Shown here: piece by piece, positions 45,471-54,675 of the stretch
Layout of the letters: each line of letters begins with the position of its first letter
Numbering within the stretch: the stretch's first letter is position 1
Program-made: the position numbers and the translations under genes
Notes under the pieces: generated by a model
Seen by the model: the letters and a program-made list of their open reading frames with translations, nothing else
What the model was told of the DNA's origin: nothing
Database searches by the model: none
Assembly: GCA_963758525.1 (NCBI GenBank)
Contig: CAVWVQ010000003.1
Location: forward strand, 4,192,001 to 4,256,000
Reading direction: 5' to 3'
Length of the DNA: 64,000 bases
Source of the DNA: an uncultured Phycisphaerales bacterium
Lineage (GTDB): Bacteria; Planctomycetota; Phycisphaerae; Tepidisphaerales; Tepidisphaeraceae

Positions 45471-45613
45471 GGGTGTAACTTTTATTTGTGGCGATTGCAG
45501 ATTTTGCGATCGTAGGGCGGGATTCATCCCGCCGTTTTCTCAGCCGGCCAACAAATCGGCGGGATGAATCCCGCCCTACTCGGAGCCGATCGCCACTTTC
45601 GAGCGCCACACCC
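45471..45613. mobile_element. 143-bp MITE carrying a REP doublet (copy 2)
   Basis: 9-bp direct repeat CCCCGGCAC at 45462-45470 and 45614-45622; identical to reverse complement of 12955-13097. Confidence 0.9.
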
Positions 45614-45640
45614 CCCCGGCACAGCTATCGGACTTTGGAA

Positions 45641-47167
45641 TGTCAAGCGCCGATAGAAATGTCCGGTGTTTCCGGCCGATAGAAATGTCCGGTTCACGCC
45701 GTGGCGGATCTGCGCCAGGGATGGGTTGACGCTGGACGCCACGATTGTTTTGAGCTACCACAACTGCCGCCGGCGGAAGGACAGGGCTCCGCAGGAGTGC
45801 GACCCGAGCGCCCGCCGGTCTGATGTACCGTGATCGACCCGGTCGAGCCTTCGGCCGGGTCGTTTGCTTTCATCACGGGGATCAGCCCATGCGGCAAACT
45901 CCGGGGGGTCGGGGGCAGAGCCCCCAATTCATCCGCTTCCTTCTTTTTTCCCGACGCCGCGAGCGCCGGCTCCCATGCCAGATATCTGCCTTTGAAACGA
46001 ATCCTCATCGACCCGTCCGCTCGATTCTCGACAATCACCTTCCCGCCGCGCTGGCCGGGCAACGCCGGCGGCAGCAACTGATACACCTGGTTCTCAAAGC
46101 GGATTGTGTAATCGTTCATCACCACACGCTCATGCTGAATCGATAGAACCGCATCCAGGTCCAGCTTGTCGATCGGGCGATGCGCGTCGTTGCCGCCGGG
46201 CTTGTTGGTGCAGCGACGGTTGAACCAACCGCTGAACTTCTCGTCCAACACCCCGTTGGCCCCCTCCAGCGTACGGGTTTGGGCCAGCCGCAGTTCCTTG
46301 ACCAATCGATCCTGGCATGTGCTCCACAATCGCTCGACACGCCCCTTCGCCTGCGGGGAATTGGCCAGAATCAACTCCATTCCCAATTCGTCAATCGCCC
46401 GGGAAAACTGCGTCGAAACGCTCTGCTTCTCGTCGTAACCAGCCACCGATTCCTCCGCCCGGAAAATGCCGTGGCGATCGCTGTACCAACTCACCGGACG
46501 ACCAAACTTCCTGATCCAACGCCCCAGCACGTCCATGTACGCCTCGGTCGTCTCCGACTCATGAAACCTCAGCACCACCCGGTCCGTCGCATCATCGATC
46601 ATCCCCACCAACGCCAGCATCGGACCCCGACCCTCCAGCCAGTCATGCGTGCTGGCGTCCGCCTGCACCATCTCCCCGAAACACATTCGCCGCGCACGAC
46701 GCTGGCGATGCTTGTCCCGGCGCCGCTGACGCTGCCACAATCCCTCTGACAGCATCCACTCCCGCAGCGTCCGAGTCGCCACAACCACCTTGTCATCTTC
46801 CGCCAGCTTCTCCGAGGCCAGCGTCGGACCGAATCCCAAATACTTGCGGCGATACAACGACAACGCCTGCTTCCGAACCGCCTCGCCGAACCGGCGGTTG
46901 GACGGCTTGCCGCGCAACCCATGCACAATCGCGCCGTCGCCACCAGCCACCAGCCGTCGCCGGATTCGATTCACCTGACGCACAGACAGCTTCAACAGCC
47001 GCGCCGCTTCCACCTGCGTCCGATCTCCTTTCAATACCAGCGACATCACCTTCAGAACGTCCCGCTCACGCTGAGTCATCTCGATCCGGTCTTTCTCCAT
47101 CCACTCTCTTCGTCCAACCGGACATTTCTATTTGCCGAAGACCGGACATTACTATCGGCCGACGACA
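45641..47167 (-). mobile_element. IS1202-type (ISNCY) insertion sequence
   Basis: TGT...ACA ends, duplicated ATAG.AATGTCCGGT sites at each end, 17-bp direct repeat GCTATCGGACTTTGGAA (45624-45640, 47168-47184). Confidence 0.9.
45694..47100 (-). CDS. DDE transposase (ISNCY/IS1202 type)
   Basis: HTH, FGPTLASEKL, GEMVQADAS.HDWLE, IDDAT, YSDRH, SPQAKGRVER. Confidence 0.93.
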   Translation of the reverse strand: MEKDRIEMTQRERDVLKVMSLVLKGDRTQVEAARLLKLSVRQVNRIRRRLVAGGDGAIVHGLRGKPSNRRFGEAVRKQALSLYRRKYLGFGPTLASEKLAEDDKVVVATRTLREWMLSEGLWQRQRRRDKHRQRRARRMCFGEMVQADASTHDWLEGRGPMLALVGMIDDATDRVVLRFHESETTEAYMDVLGRWIRKFGRPVSWYSDRHGIFRAEESVAGYDEKQSVSTQFSRAIDELGMELILANSPQAKGRVERLWSTCQDRLVKELRLAQTRTLEGANGVLDEKFSGWFNRRCTNKPGGNDAHRPIDKLDLDAVLSIQHERVVMNDYTIRFENQVYQLLPPALPGQRGGKVIVENRADGSMRIRFKGRYLAWEPALAASGKKKEADELGALPPTPRSLPHGLIPVMKANDPAEGSTGSITVHQTGGRSGRTPAEPCPSAGGSCGSSKQSWRPASTHPWRRSATA

Positions 47168-47310
47168 GCTATCGGACTTTGGAATTGTGGCAATTCCTGC
47201 CGGTCGTTATCATGTGTGGGTAACCGACCGATGGAAAAAATGCCGGACGCTGCAGGCCGATCAGCAGGATCAGCCGGCGTATTCGGTATTTCCTGTGAAG
47301 GGATTCGCGC

Positions 47311-48108
47311 ATGGGTCAGGCGACGGTCGATCTTCCCGACCCGCTCGAAACGCTGCCAAAGGGGGTGGGTGGCGCCGACGACTTGCTCGCGCAGATGGCG
47401 GGCGACGAAATCGACCGTCTGCTGGCAGAGGCCGAGGCAGACCTGCCCACGGTGGCAAAGGCCCCCGCGCCCGACATCGCCGGGGACCTGCCAGGCTGGG
47501 AAGGCGCAGCGAAAGCAAATCCGCCTGCTGCTGGGTTGCCTGCGATTGAGCCGCCGTCAGCGAGCATACCGGCATCTGAATCTGAAGACGCCCTGGCGGG
47601 TGAGTTGGACTCGCTGCTCGAGTCACTGACAACCGCCAGCCCGCGCCCTTCCGATTCGACCGTCGCTCCCGCGCCGTCGGCGATTCACGCGATCGAAGCC
47701 GAGCAGGCCGCCGCGATTCCCGCGGTCGAATCGCCTGCGGTGACATCCGGCGAAACCGCCGCGCTCCTCTCCGCCGCCGCTGAAGAAGCCTTCGCCACTG
47801 GCGAACTCACGTCGCTTGGTGAGGAAGCAACCGCCGCCGCAGAGCGGCTCGCCTTGGGCGCACCCACGACCTTAGCCACCGCGATCGCCCCTGACCCGGC
47901 CCAAGCCGCCATCGAGGATATCTCCGAACAACAACTCGCCGGCGAGGATGCGCCGCTTCCGCTGCTCCTGCGACCATTGGAATGGATCAACGCTCCATTG
48001 AATGCATGCCCCGATCTTCTCCGCGAATTCATCGGCAAAGCCGCCATCCTGACGGCCGTGAACGCCGCCGCAATCATGTTCTACGTCCGCTTTATCCGCC
48101 GGCACTAG
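47311..48108 (+). CDS. hypothetical acidic Ala/Pro-rich protein with C-terminal TM helix
   Basis: long ORF, low-complexity middle, hydrophobic C-terminus ending RFIRRH. Confidence 0.7.
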   Translation: MGQATVDLPDPLETLPKGVGGADDLLAQMAGDEIDRLLAEAEADLPTVAKAPAPDIAGDLPGWEGAAKANPPAAGLPAIEPPSASIPASESEDALAGELDSLLESLTTASPRPSDSTVAPAPSAIHAIEAEQAAAIPAVESPAVTSGETAALLSAAAEEAFATGELTSLGEEATAAAERLALGAPTTLATAIAPDPAQAAIEDISEQQLAGEDAPLPLLLRPLEWINAPLNACPDLLREFIGKAAILTAVNAAAIMFYVRFIRRH

Positions 48109-48365
48109 TGGTGGATCATTCCCGTTGAAAGTGCGGGTGTAGGGCGGGATTCATCCCGCCGCCTCTCAAGCTGCGGCGGGATGAATCCCGCCCTACCGCT
48201 TCATCCGCCGGCACTTGTGGTGCATTCGGGTCGGTCTCCCGTAGGGCGGGATTCATCCCGCCGTGGTCTGTAGTCATGCAGAAGGCCTATGGCCATGCAG
48301 AAGGCGCGGCGGGATGAATCCCGCCCTACGTTGTCCAGCCACATTTTCAACGGGAATAAAACACT
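48106..48365. repeat. two REP doublets enclosed by a terminal inverted repeat (MITE-like)
   Basis: GTAGGGCGGGATTCATCCCGCC doublets at 48139-48196 and 48241-48329; IR ATTCCCGTTGAAA at 48118-48130 / 48345-48357. Confidence 0.8.
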
Positions 48366-48403
48366 CGCGAACGCTCAAAACCGCGAGCCGCGGTCCGCAT
48401 GGA

Positions 48404-50410
48404 TCAGTCTTCGTGCGACTCGATCGTTCTTCGCCACAGTTCGATATATGCGGCTTCCATGTTGCTCGCGAATCTTTTCGCGTCCATCAGCGGAGAAGTT
48501 TCCATACGGCGGCGGAGCGTTCGTCGGAGTTGACGCAGCCGTCCCGCGTCGCGTGCCAGCGAAGCGGCGATGTTCGCAAAAGTCGTTTCATCAGTGGCAA
48601 TCAAGTCTGCCAGGTCCAGATTCCGGAGCTGGCAGACGCCTGCGCGGGACACTGGAGATTGCCCGGCAAGCGTGACAACGGGCACACCCATCCAGAACGC
48701 GTCGAGACTCGTGGTGTGGCCGTTGTATGGGAAACTGTCCAACGCGATGTCGATCTGATGGTACAGCCGCAAGTAATCCGGCCGCGGCCGCATCGATTCA
48801 AATTGCACGCGGGTTGGGTCGATCCCCGCGGCCTCGAGTACGCTCAGCACCCATCGTCGCGGTGAACCCGAGGGAGCCAGAAGTATCAATCGCGAACCAG
48901 CGACTGCTCGCAACACCGCCGCCCACAGCTTGAGCCACGGCTCATTGACCTTGCAGAAATTATTCAGGCAGCCGAATGTGACAAAACCGTTGGAAGCTGC
49001 AGGAAGTTCGCTTGCTTCGAACAGCGATTCCCACGCATTTGCTGAACCCTGTACCCCGAACCCTGAACCCTCCATTGGGTCGTAACACCAGAACGTCTCC
49101 GGCAGCCGATAAGGCATTTCCGCAAACCCGCGATCGTCCAGCGGCTCCAGATGCGGATCGGTGATGCGATAATCCATCGCGAGCAGACCAGTGCTGCCGG
49201 GGTAACCGAGCCAGGTGATTTGCAGCGGCGCCGGCTTGCGAGCGAAGACCAGCAGTCGATTGCCCGCCATGTGGAGCGTGCAATCGACGAGGATGTCGAT
49301 CCGCTCATCGCGAATATGCCGGGCCATTTCCGCGTCGCTCCAGCCGACGGTCGAGTGCCAGCGGTCGGCCAACGTCACAAAGCGCTGGGTGATGTCGTCA
49401 GGCCGGACGACTCCCGAGAAGCAGTGGATTTCAAACCGCTGATGATCGTGAGACGCCAGCAGCGGCAAAAGAAACGACGCGGCGCAGTGATGCCGAAAAT
49501 CAGGCGAAACATAGCCGATCTTCAACCTTCGGCCCGGGCTCGCATCGACGTCATGCTCTCCGCCCGCTCCTTCAACCGGCCTGGCGTGCAGCACGTTCCA
49601 CCGCTGCAGCTCGTGGGCCAGTTGCCGCTCCCGATGCGGCGAGAACAGCAATGTGTAAATCAGGTTGCTGTGAACGTCCGCGCGCGGCGGCTTGATTGCC
49701 AGAGCGCGTTCGAAGCACGCGGCAGCTTCTTCGAGGCGGGCCATATCCTTGAAGAGCAATCCGAGGTTATTCAGCGCCTCCGTATAGCTCGGCTGCAACT
49801 GCAGCGCCTGCTGGAAGAATTGCAACGATTCGTCGAGCCGGTCGGTCATCTTCAGAATCACGCCCAAATGGTTGTGTGTTTCCGGGAGCAGAGGATTCAG
49901 TTGCAGCGCCTCGTGAAAACATTGCAGGGCTTCCTGCAGCCGTCCCGCATCTTTCAAAGCGACGCCAAGATTATTCAGCGCCGCGGCCTGGCGCGGCGGG
50001 CGTGCGACCGCCGCGCGATAGGACTCGATCGCCTCGTCAAGCCGGCCGGCGCGTCGCAGTGCGTTGGCGAGATTGTTATGCGCGGCGGAGTGATCCGGCG
50101 CGATCGCGATCGCCCGCCGATAGCAGGCGATCGCCTCTTGCGAATTTCCCTGTTGGAACAGAAGCAGCGCGAGGTTGTTCAACGCGTCGGCAAAGTCAGG
50201 CCGCAGCGCGATCGCAGTGCGATACGCTTCGATCGACTCTTCAACCCGGCTGGCGGATTTCAACAACCCGGCCAGGTTGTAATGCAGCTCGGGAGATCGA
50301 GGCTCTCGCTGCAGAAGCTGCCGATAGATTGTTTCCGCTTCCCGCCGCCGGCCCGCGCGATGGTGCGCGACTCCAAGCTCGAGCTCGGATTCGTTGGTGG
50401 TGTCCGACAT
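48404..50410 (-). CDS. TPR O-GlcNAc transferase / SPINDLY-like (GT41) protein
   Basis: TPRs, KIGYVSPDF, KPAPLQITWLGYPGSTG, FGCLNNFCK, DSFPYNGHTTSLDAFWMGVP. Confidence 0.92.
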   Translation of the reverse strand: MSDTTNESELELGVAHHRAGRRREAETIYRQLLQREPRSPELHYNLAGLLKSASRVEESIEAYRTAIALRPDFADALNNLALLLFQQGNSQEAIACYRRAIAIAPDHSAAHNNLANALRRAGRLDEAIESYRAAVARPPRQAAALNNLGVALKDAGRLQEALQCFHEALQLNPLLPETHNHLGVILKMTDRLDESLQFFQQALQLQPSYTEALNNLGLLFKDMARLEEAAACFERALAIKPPRADVHSNLIYTLLFSPHRERQLAHELQRWNVLHARPVEGAGGEHDVDASPGRRLKIGYVSPDFRHHCAASFLLPLLASHDHQRFEIHCFSGVVRPDDITQRFVTLADRWHSTVGWSDAEMARHIRDERIDILVDCTLHMAGNRLLVFARKPAPLQITWLGYPGSTGLLAMDYRITDPHLEPLDDRGFAEMPYRLPETFWCYDPMEGSGFGVQGSANAWESLFEASELPAASNGFVTFGCLNNFCKVNEPWLKLWAAVLRAVAGSRLILLAPSGSPRRWVLSVLEAAGIDPTRVQFESMRPRPDYLRLYHQIDIALDSFPYNGHTTSLDAFWMGVPVVTLAGQSPVSRAGVCQLRNLDLADLIATDETTFANIAASLARDAGRLRQLRRTLRRRMETSPLMDAKRFASNMEAAYIELWRRTIESHED

Positions 50411-50521
50411 TGCGTTCGGTTCCTTCCGGTGCGCTCAGCCAATCTGCGGGTTGAAACGGCCGCTTATCCGCGCCATGAAGCAAAGCGCGTCTGATCGCGT
50501 CGTTGCAAAACCGGCGCGCGG

Positions 50522-52195
50522 TCAATTCTCCCGCCCCGGGATTGCTTGCCGGTAATTCTGTGCGATCGGCATCCGTCGACCCGACCCGAAGGCGCGGCTG
50601 GTCACCTTGAGTCCCGGCGCCGATTGCCGTCGTTTATACTCGCTGCGATCGATCAGCGTGATAATTTTCAAGACCGTTGCCGGATCGAATCCCTCCGCGA
50701 TGATCTGGGCGGCGCTCTTCTCCTCCTCCACGTACCGATGCAGTATCGCATCGAGCACGTCGTACGAAGGGAGTGAATCCTGATCGACCTGGTTCGGACG
50801 CAACTCGGCCGAGGGCGGCTTGGTGATGCTGTTGCGCGGAATCAACTCGCGGCCCGCCTTTTGATTGACGTATTCTGACAACGCGTAAACGGTCGTCTTC
50901 GGAACGTCGCTGATGACGGCCAGCCCGCCGCACATGTCGCCGTAGAGCGTGCAGTACCCCACCGCCAGCTCGCTTTTGTTGCCGGTCGTGAGCAGCAGGT
51001 GATTGAATTTATTCGAGAAGGCCATGAGGATCGCGCCGCGGACGCGCGCCTGCAGATTCTCCTCGGTCACGTCGCGACCGTGGCCGGCGAATACGGGAGT
51101 CAGCAACTGTTCGTACGCGTCGTGCACGGAACCGATTGGTATCACATGGAACGCAATGCCGAGATTCTTGGCCAGTTCCCGCGCGTCGCCGACCGAGTGC
51201 TCAGAGCTGAATCGGCTGGGCATCGCCACCCCGATCACGCGCTGGGGTCCGAACGCGGCGACGGCGATTGCCGCGGTCAACGCCGAATCAATTCCTCCGG
51301 AAAGCCCGAGCACGACGCTCTTGAAGCCGCATTTTTGCACGTAATCGCGCAGGCCCAGCACCAGTGCCTGATAGATGTCAGCCACGGCATCGCGTTCGCG
51401 CGGCTCGGCCGGGGATTCGCCGCCACCGCATTCGACAACGAGCAGGTCTTCCTCGAACGCCTTGGCCTGCGCGATGACCGCGCCGCCCGCGTCGAAGACC
51501 AGGCTGTTGCCATCAAACACCAGTTCGTCGTTTCCACCCACCTGGTTGACATAGATCAGCGGCCGGTTGAACTGGCGCACTTGCGAGGCGAACAGTTCGA
51601 TGCGAAACGCATGCTTGCCTGCGACGAACGGAGAAGCGCTGGTATTGACCAGGATTTCAGCGCCGGCCTTGCGAAGAGCGGCGATCGGGTTCTGGTGATA
51701 CAGCCGGCGGGCAATCATCTTCTCGTCGTTCCACAGATCCTCGCAGATGGAAAAGCCGACGGGATGGCCGTCAACCATGGCGATGTTTGCCTGCTCGTCT
51801 TCCAGGCCCGGCTCGAAATAGCGGCTCTCGTCAAAGACGTCGTAGGTGGGAAGGAGTTTCTTGAAGTGCCGGCTCACTACCGCGCCGTCGCGCAGCAACG
51901 CCACCGCATTGTGCAAGGGACGACCCACCGGCTGCGCGTTGCGTTCCGCATATCCCACGACCGCGTCGATTCCATGCACGTGCGACGCGATGAGCAAAAG
52001 GGCGCGCAGATTGTCATCAATAAATTGCGGTTTAAGCAGCAGATCCTTCGGCGGATACCCAATCAGCGCAAGCTCCGGAAAGACGATCAGCTTCGCGCCT
52101 GCCGTCTTCGCGCGCTCGACAAACTCGAGAATTCGCCGGCAATTTCCGGCGATATCGCCGACAGTTGGATTAATCTGGCCCAGCGCGATCCGCAT
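50522..52195 (-). CDS. nadE: glutamine-dependent NAD+ synthetase
   Basis: nitrilase domain (FPEL, ICEDLW), SGGIDS, TGNKSE, PPSAEL, SEYKR. Confidence 0.95.
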   Translation of the reverse strand: MRIALGQINPTVGDIAGNCRRILEFVERAKTAGAKLIVFPELALIGYPPKDLLLKPQFIDDNLRALLLIASHVHGIDAVVGYAERNAQPVGRPLHNAVALLRDGAVVSRHFKKLLPTYDVFDESRYFEPGLEDEQANIAMVDGHPVGFSICEDLWNDEKMIARRLYHQNPIAALRKAGAEILVNTSASPFVAGKHAFRIELFASQVRQFNRPLIYVNQVGGNDELVFDGNSLVFDAGGAVIAQAKAFEEDLLVVECGGGESPAEPRERDAVADIYQALVLGLRDYVQKCGFKSVVLGLSGGIDSALTAAIAVAAFGPQRVIGVAMPSRFSSEHSVGDARELAKNLGIAFHVIPIGSVHDAYEQLLTPVFAGHGRDVTEENLQARVRGAILMAFSNKFNHLLLTTGNKSELAVGYCTLYGDMCGGLAVISDVPKTTVYALSEYVNQKAGRELIPRNSITKPPSAELRPNQVDQDSLPSYDVLDAILHRYVEEEKSAAQIIAEGFDPATVLKIITLIDRSEYKRRQSAPGLKVTSRAFGSGRRMPIAQNYRQAIPGREN

Positions 52196-52307
52196 GTCCG
52201 CAATTCTACAGGCCAGCACTCAGAGTGGGGAGGGAGCCAGTGGCCAGCGGGCCAGGGCGCTGATGCCGTCGTCTTCCATATTTCCAGCCCGTTGTTAACC
52301 TGCTCTC

Positions 52308-52546
52308 GTGAAGTTCACGCGGTATTATCACGAAATGCGCAAGCGTCCGGACCGCGTGTTCATCCGTCGGGAATGGGTTCTCAGCAGGCCGTCGATCATC
52401 CAATTCGCCAAGTCACCCAGCAGGATTGGCGCGTGCGGCGCTGGGCCGCAATCGACGCTATGCGCGGCCAGTATCTCCGAGTGGTTCTGCTACCGGATGG
52501 CCAGACCGTGCATAATGCGTTTTTCAATCGCTCCTTTAAGCCGTGA
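52308..52546 (+). CDS. small putative ribonuclease toxin (DUF4258/BrnT-like; frameshift near 52380)
   Basis: MKFTRY...RPDR joined to QQDWRVRRW...YLRVVLLPDGQTVHNAFFNR; precedes DUF2283 gene. Confidence 0.6.
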
Positions 52547-52553
52547 GGACAAC

Positions 52554-52751
52554 ATGAAAATTAAATATTTCCAGGACACCGATACCCTGTACATCGAGTT
52601 CAAAGCCTCGGCCGTGGCCGAGACGCGCGATTTGGACGAGAACACGCTGCTGGATCTGGACGCGGACGGGAACATTACCGGCATGACGATCGAACACGCC
52701 AGCACGCGCACGGACGTTCCCACGTTCTCATACGAACAAGTTGCGGCATGA
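52554..52751 (+). CDS. DUF2283 family protein (putative antitoxin)
   Basis: MKIKYFQDTDTLYI...LDLDADGNITGMTIEHAS. Confidence 0.85.
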   Translation: MKIKYFQDTDTLYIEFKASAVAETRDLDENTLLDLDADGNITGMTIEHASTRTDVPTFSYEQVAA

Positions 52752-52788
52752 CCGCGCAAAACAGAAACGGGACGTGGCTTCGAAGACA

Positions 52789-53062
52789 CTAGGCTCTGTC
52801 TGAAAACCCTAAGTCCTCACGACGGCTCAGAATGGCTTTGGCCGCTAGGCGCCCTGGCGACATCAGGGTCCGTAGACCCTTTGAGCCGGGGCAACGACGC
52901 GGACGAAGTCATTCTGAGCCGCCTCCGGTGGGCCGGATTCGATCCGCCTGCTTCGTTGCCGCCCCTTGATGGCTCTACGGAGCCGGACTGCGGGGCGATC
53001 GCCTCGCAGTCGAATCGAATCCGGCCCATCGTGAGGGCTTAGGGTTTTCAGACAGAGCCTAG
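52789..53062. mobile_element. MITE with ~34-bp TIRs and CTAG ends (IS5-like target)
   Basis: CTAGGCTCTGTCTGAAAACCCTAAG(T/C)CCTCACGA at both ends, one mismatch; no transposase ORF. Confidence 0.8.
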
Positions 53063-53190
53063 GCCTTTGCCGCGGGAAATGGCCGCGGAACGGGACCGCG
53101 CAAAGCGGGGTCGTCGAGAGGAAATGACAGCGGAGGCGTCGGCGGGGCCGGGAGCGCGGGTTCACGGAATCAATCGTGGAGCAAATTAGG

Positions 53191-54675
53191 TCACTTTTTC
53201 AACATCCGGGGCGCGCGAGCGTTGTTCGCACTTCGCACGGCAGGGGCAGGCCGCTTGCGATTCACCGGCTCGTGCCGTTGCAGGACCCAGGGGAAGGTGG
53301 CGTGGTGCATTCGATAGAGCATTCCCAGTTCAAAGCAGAAGAAGTGCATGAGGATCAGCCCGGCGCAGAATAGCGGGTAGCCGAAGGTGGCGCGATCGAG
53401 CCAGGTGTTTGTGGGTTGCCAATTGTCGTCGATCAATCGGAGCACGCCCATCGCGATCATCGTTTGGCCCAGAGCATATGCCGCCAGCGCGAGCATCCAG
53501 GCCAGCAGGGGCGCGGTGTATCGCCCGCCGCAAAGGTGAATTGTCTTGAGCAGCCGGTCCGGTCGGAGATTGATGACCGATCCGCTGGTCAGCAGCGTCA
53601 GGAGCACGCCGGGCAGCAGAAAGGTGCCGGGCACGGCCAGTACCGCCGCGAGCGCGACCCGGACCGGTGTCCGCGCGTCGATGGCAACACAAATCCCCGC
53701 GGGAACAAAGCAGGCGATCGACGCCAGCACCACCGCGAACAGCGGAACGACGACCTGGCTGGCCCAGTCAATGTTGGATCGCCCCTCGCCAAAGGCCGAA
53801 ATCATGATCAGACAGACGCCGACGATCCAGGCGAGAACCAGCAGGACATCGCATGTGGTCAGAAATGCCGAGCGAGACAAGAACGCCGCCAACAGGCAGA
53901 CGAACGAGGGTGTGTAACAAATGAGAATCCCCAGAACCATGCCGCGCAACGGCGACCAGATGTCTTCGTGCCATTGGAGATCGCGAAGCAGCCGGGGCAG
54001 TTCGTCGCGCCCTTCGACTCCCGATTCTTCGATGACGTTGCCATAGTGGGCAATGATCAGCACCTGAGCAATGAATGTGCCGATCGTGACGATGATGATT
54101 CCGGTCGGGATCGAGAAGACGCATGCCATGAAGGCGAACAACTGGACGCCAAGGACCATGATCATGACGGCGATATTCACCGGCATCGAGAGAAGACTGA
54201 CCGTTCCGAGCCACGAGTCGTACGCCGCGGCGGCGACCGTTCGGTATGTCACCGCCGGCTGGGCAAAAGGAATCGGTGCGTCGACAGGCAGATTTCTGAC
54301 CGGCTCGTTCAGCTCGATGGGGCGGATCAGCTCCCCGGTCTCGGGGTCGTAGCGCGGCGCGGCGGGCTTCGTCGGAACCGGCGCGCCAACCGAGGCGAGC
54401 TCCTCGGCAGTGCGACGCAGATCGAGCCTTGGCCGGTCTTCGGCCTTTTGCTCGCTGCCGAACGTTTCCGCCAGTTCCAGAAGTCCTCGGCCCCGCTGCG
54501 GCGGCTCGTCCGGGCGTTCCTCGAGATTGTACGTCCCATCCTCGCTGAGGGTGTGCAACTCGCCGACGAGCGGAACGTCAGTGAGAAGTCCGCATGCCGG
54601 GCATTGCACGGAGCTGCCGCCCTCTTCGTCGGGAAGACGAAACAGATTTCCGCATCGGCAGGGGAATTCGATCAT
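53191..54675 (-). CDS. Zn-ribbon plus multi-TM membrane protein
   Basis: MIEFPCRCG...VQCPACG N-terminus, then multiple hydrophobic helices. Confidence 0.75.
   Translation of the reverse strand: MIEFPCRCGNLFRLPDEEGGSSVQCPACGLLTDVPLVGELHTLSEDGTYNLEERPDEPPQRGRGLLELAETFGSEQKAEDRPRLDLRRTAEELASVGAPVPTKPAAPRYDPETGELIRPIELNEPVRNLPVDAPIPFAQPAVTYRTVAAAAYDSWLGTVSLLSMPVNIAVMIMVLGVQLFAFMACVFSIPTGIIIVTIGTFIAQVLIIAHYGNVIEESGVEGRDELPRLLRDLQWHEDIWSPLRGMVLGILICYTPSFVCLLAAFLSRSAFLTTCDVLLVLAWIVGVCLIMISAFGEGRSNIDWASQVVVPLFAVVLASIACFVPAGICVAIDARTPVRVALAAVLAVPGTFLLPGVLLTLLTSGSVINLRPDRLLKTIHLCGGRYTAPLLAWMLALAAYALGQTMIAMGVLRLIDDNWQPTNTWLDRATFGYPLFCAGLILMHFFCFELGMLYRMHHATFPWVLQRHEPVNRKRPAPAVRSANNARAPRMLKK

Noticed and set aside
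12955..45613. composite transposon or island bounded by the two MITE copies
   Set aside because: Each copy has its own target duplication and the interval holds core genes.
51400..51430. REP-derived in-frame peptide (GGESPAEP) in the nadE linker
   Set aside because: No matching intergenic copy in this window to support it.
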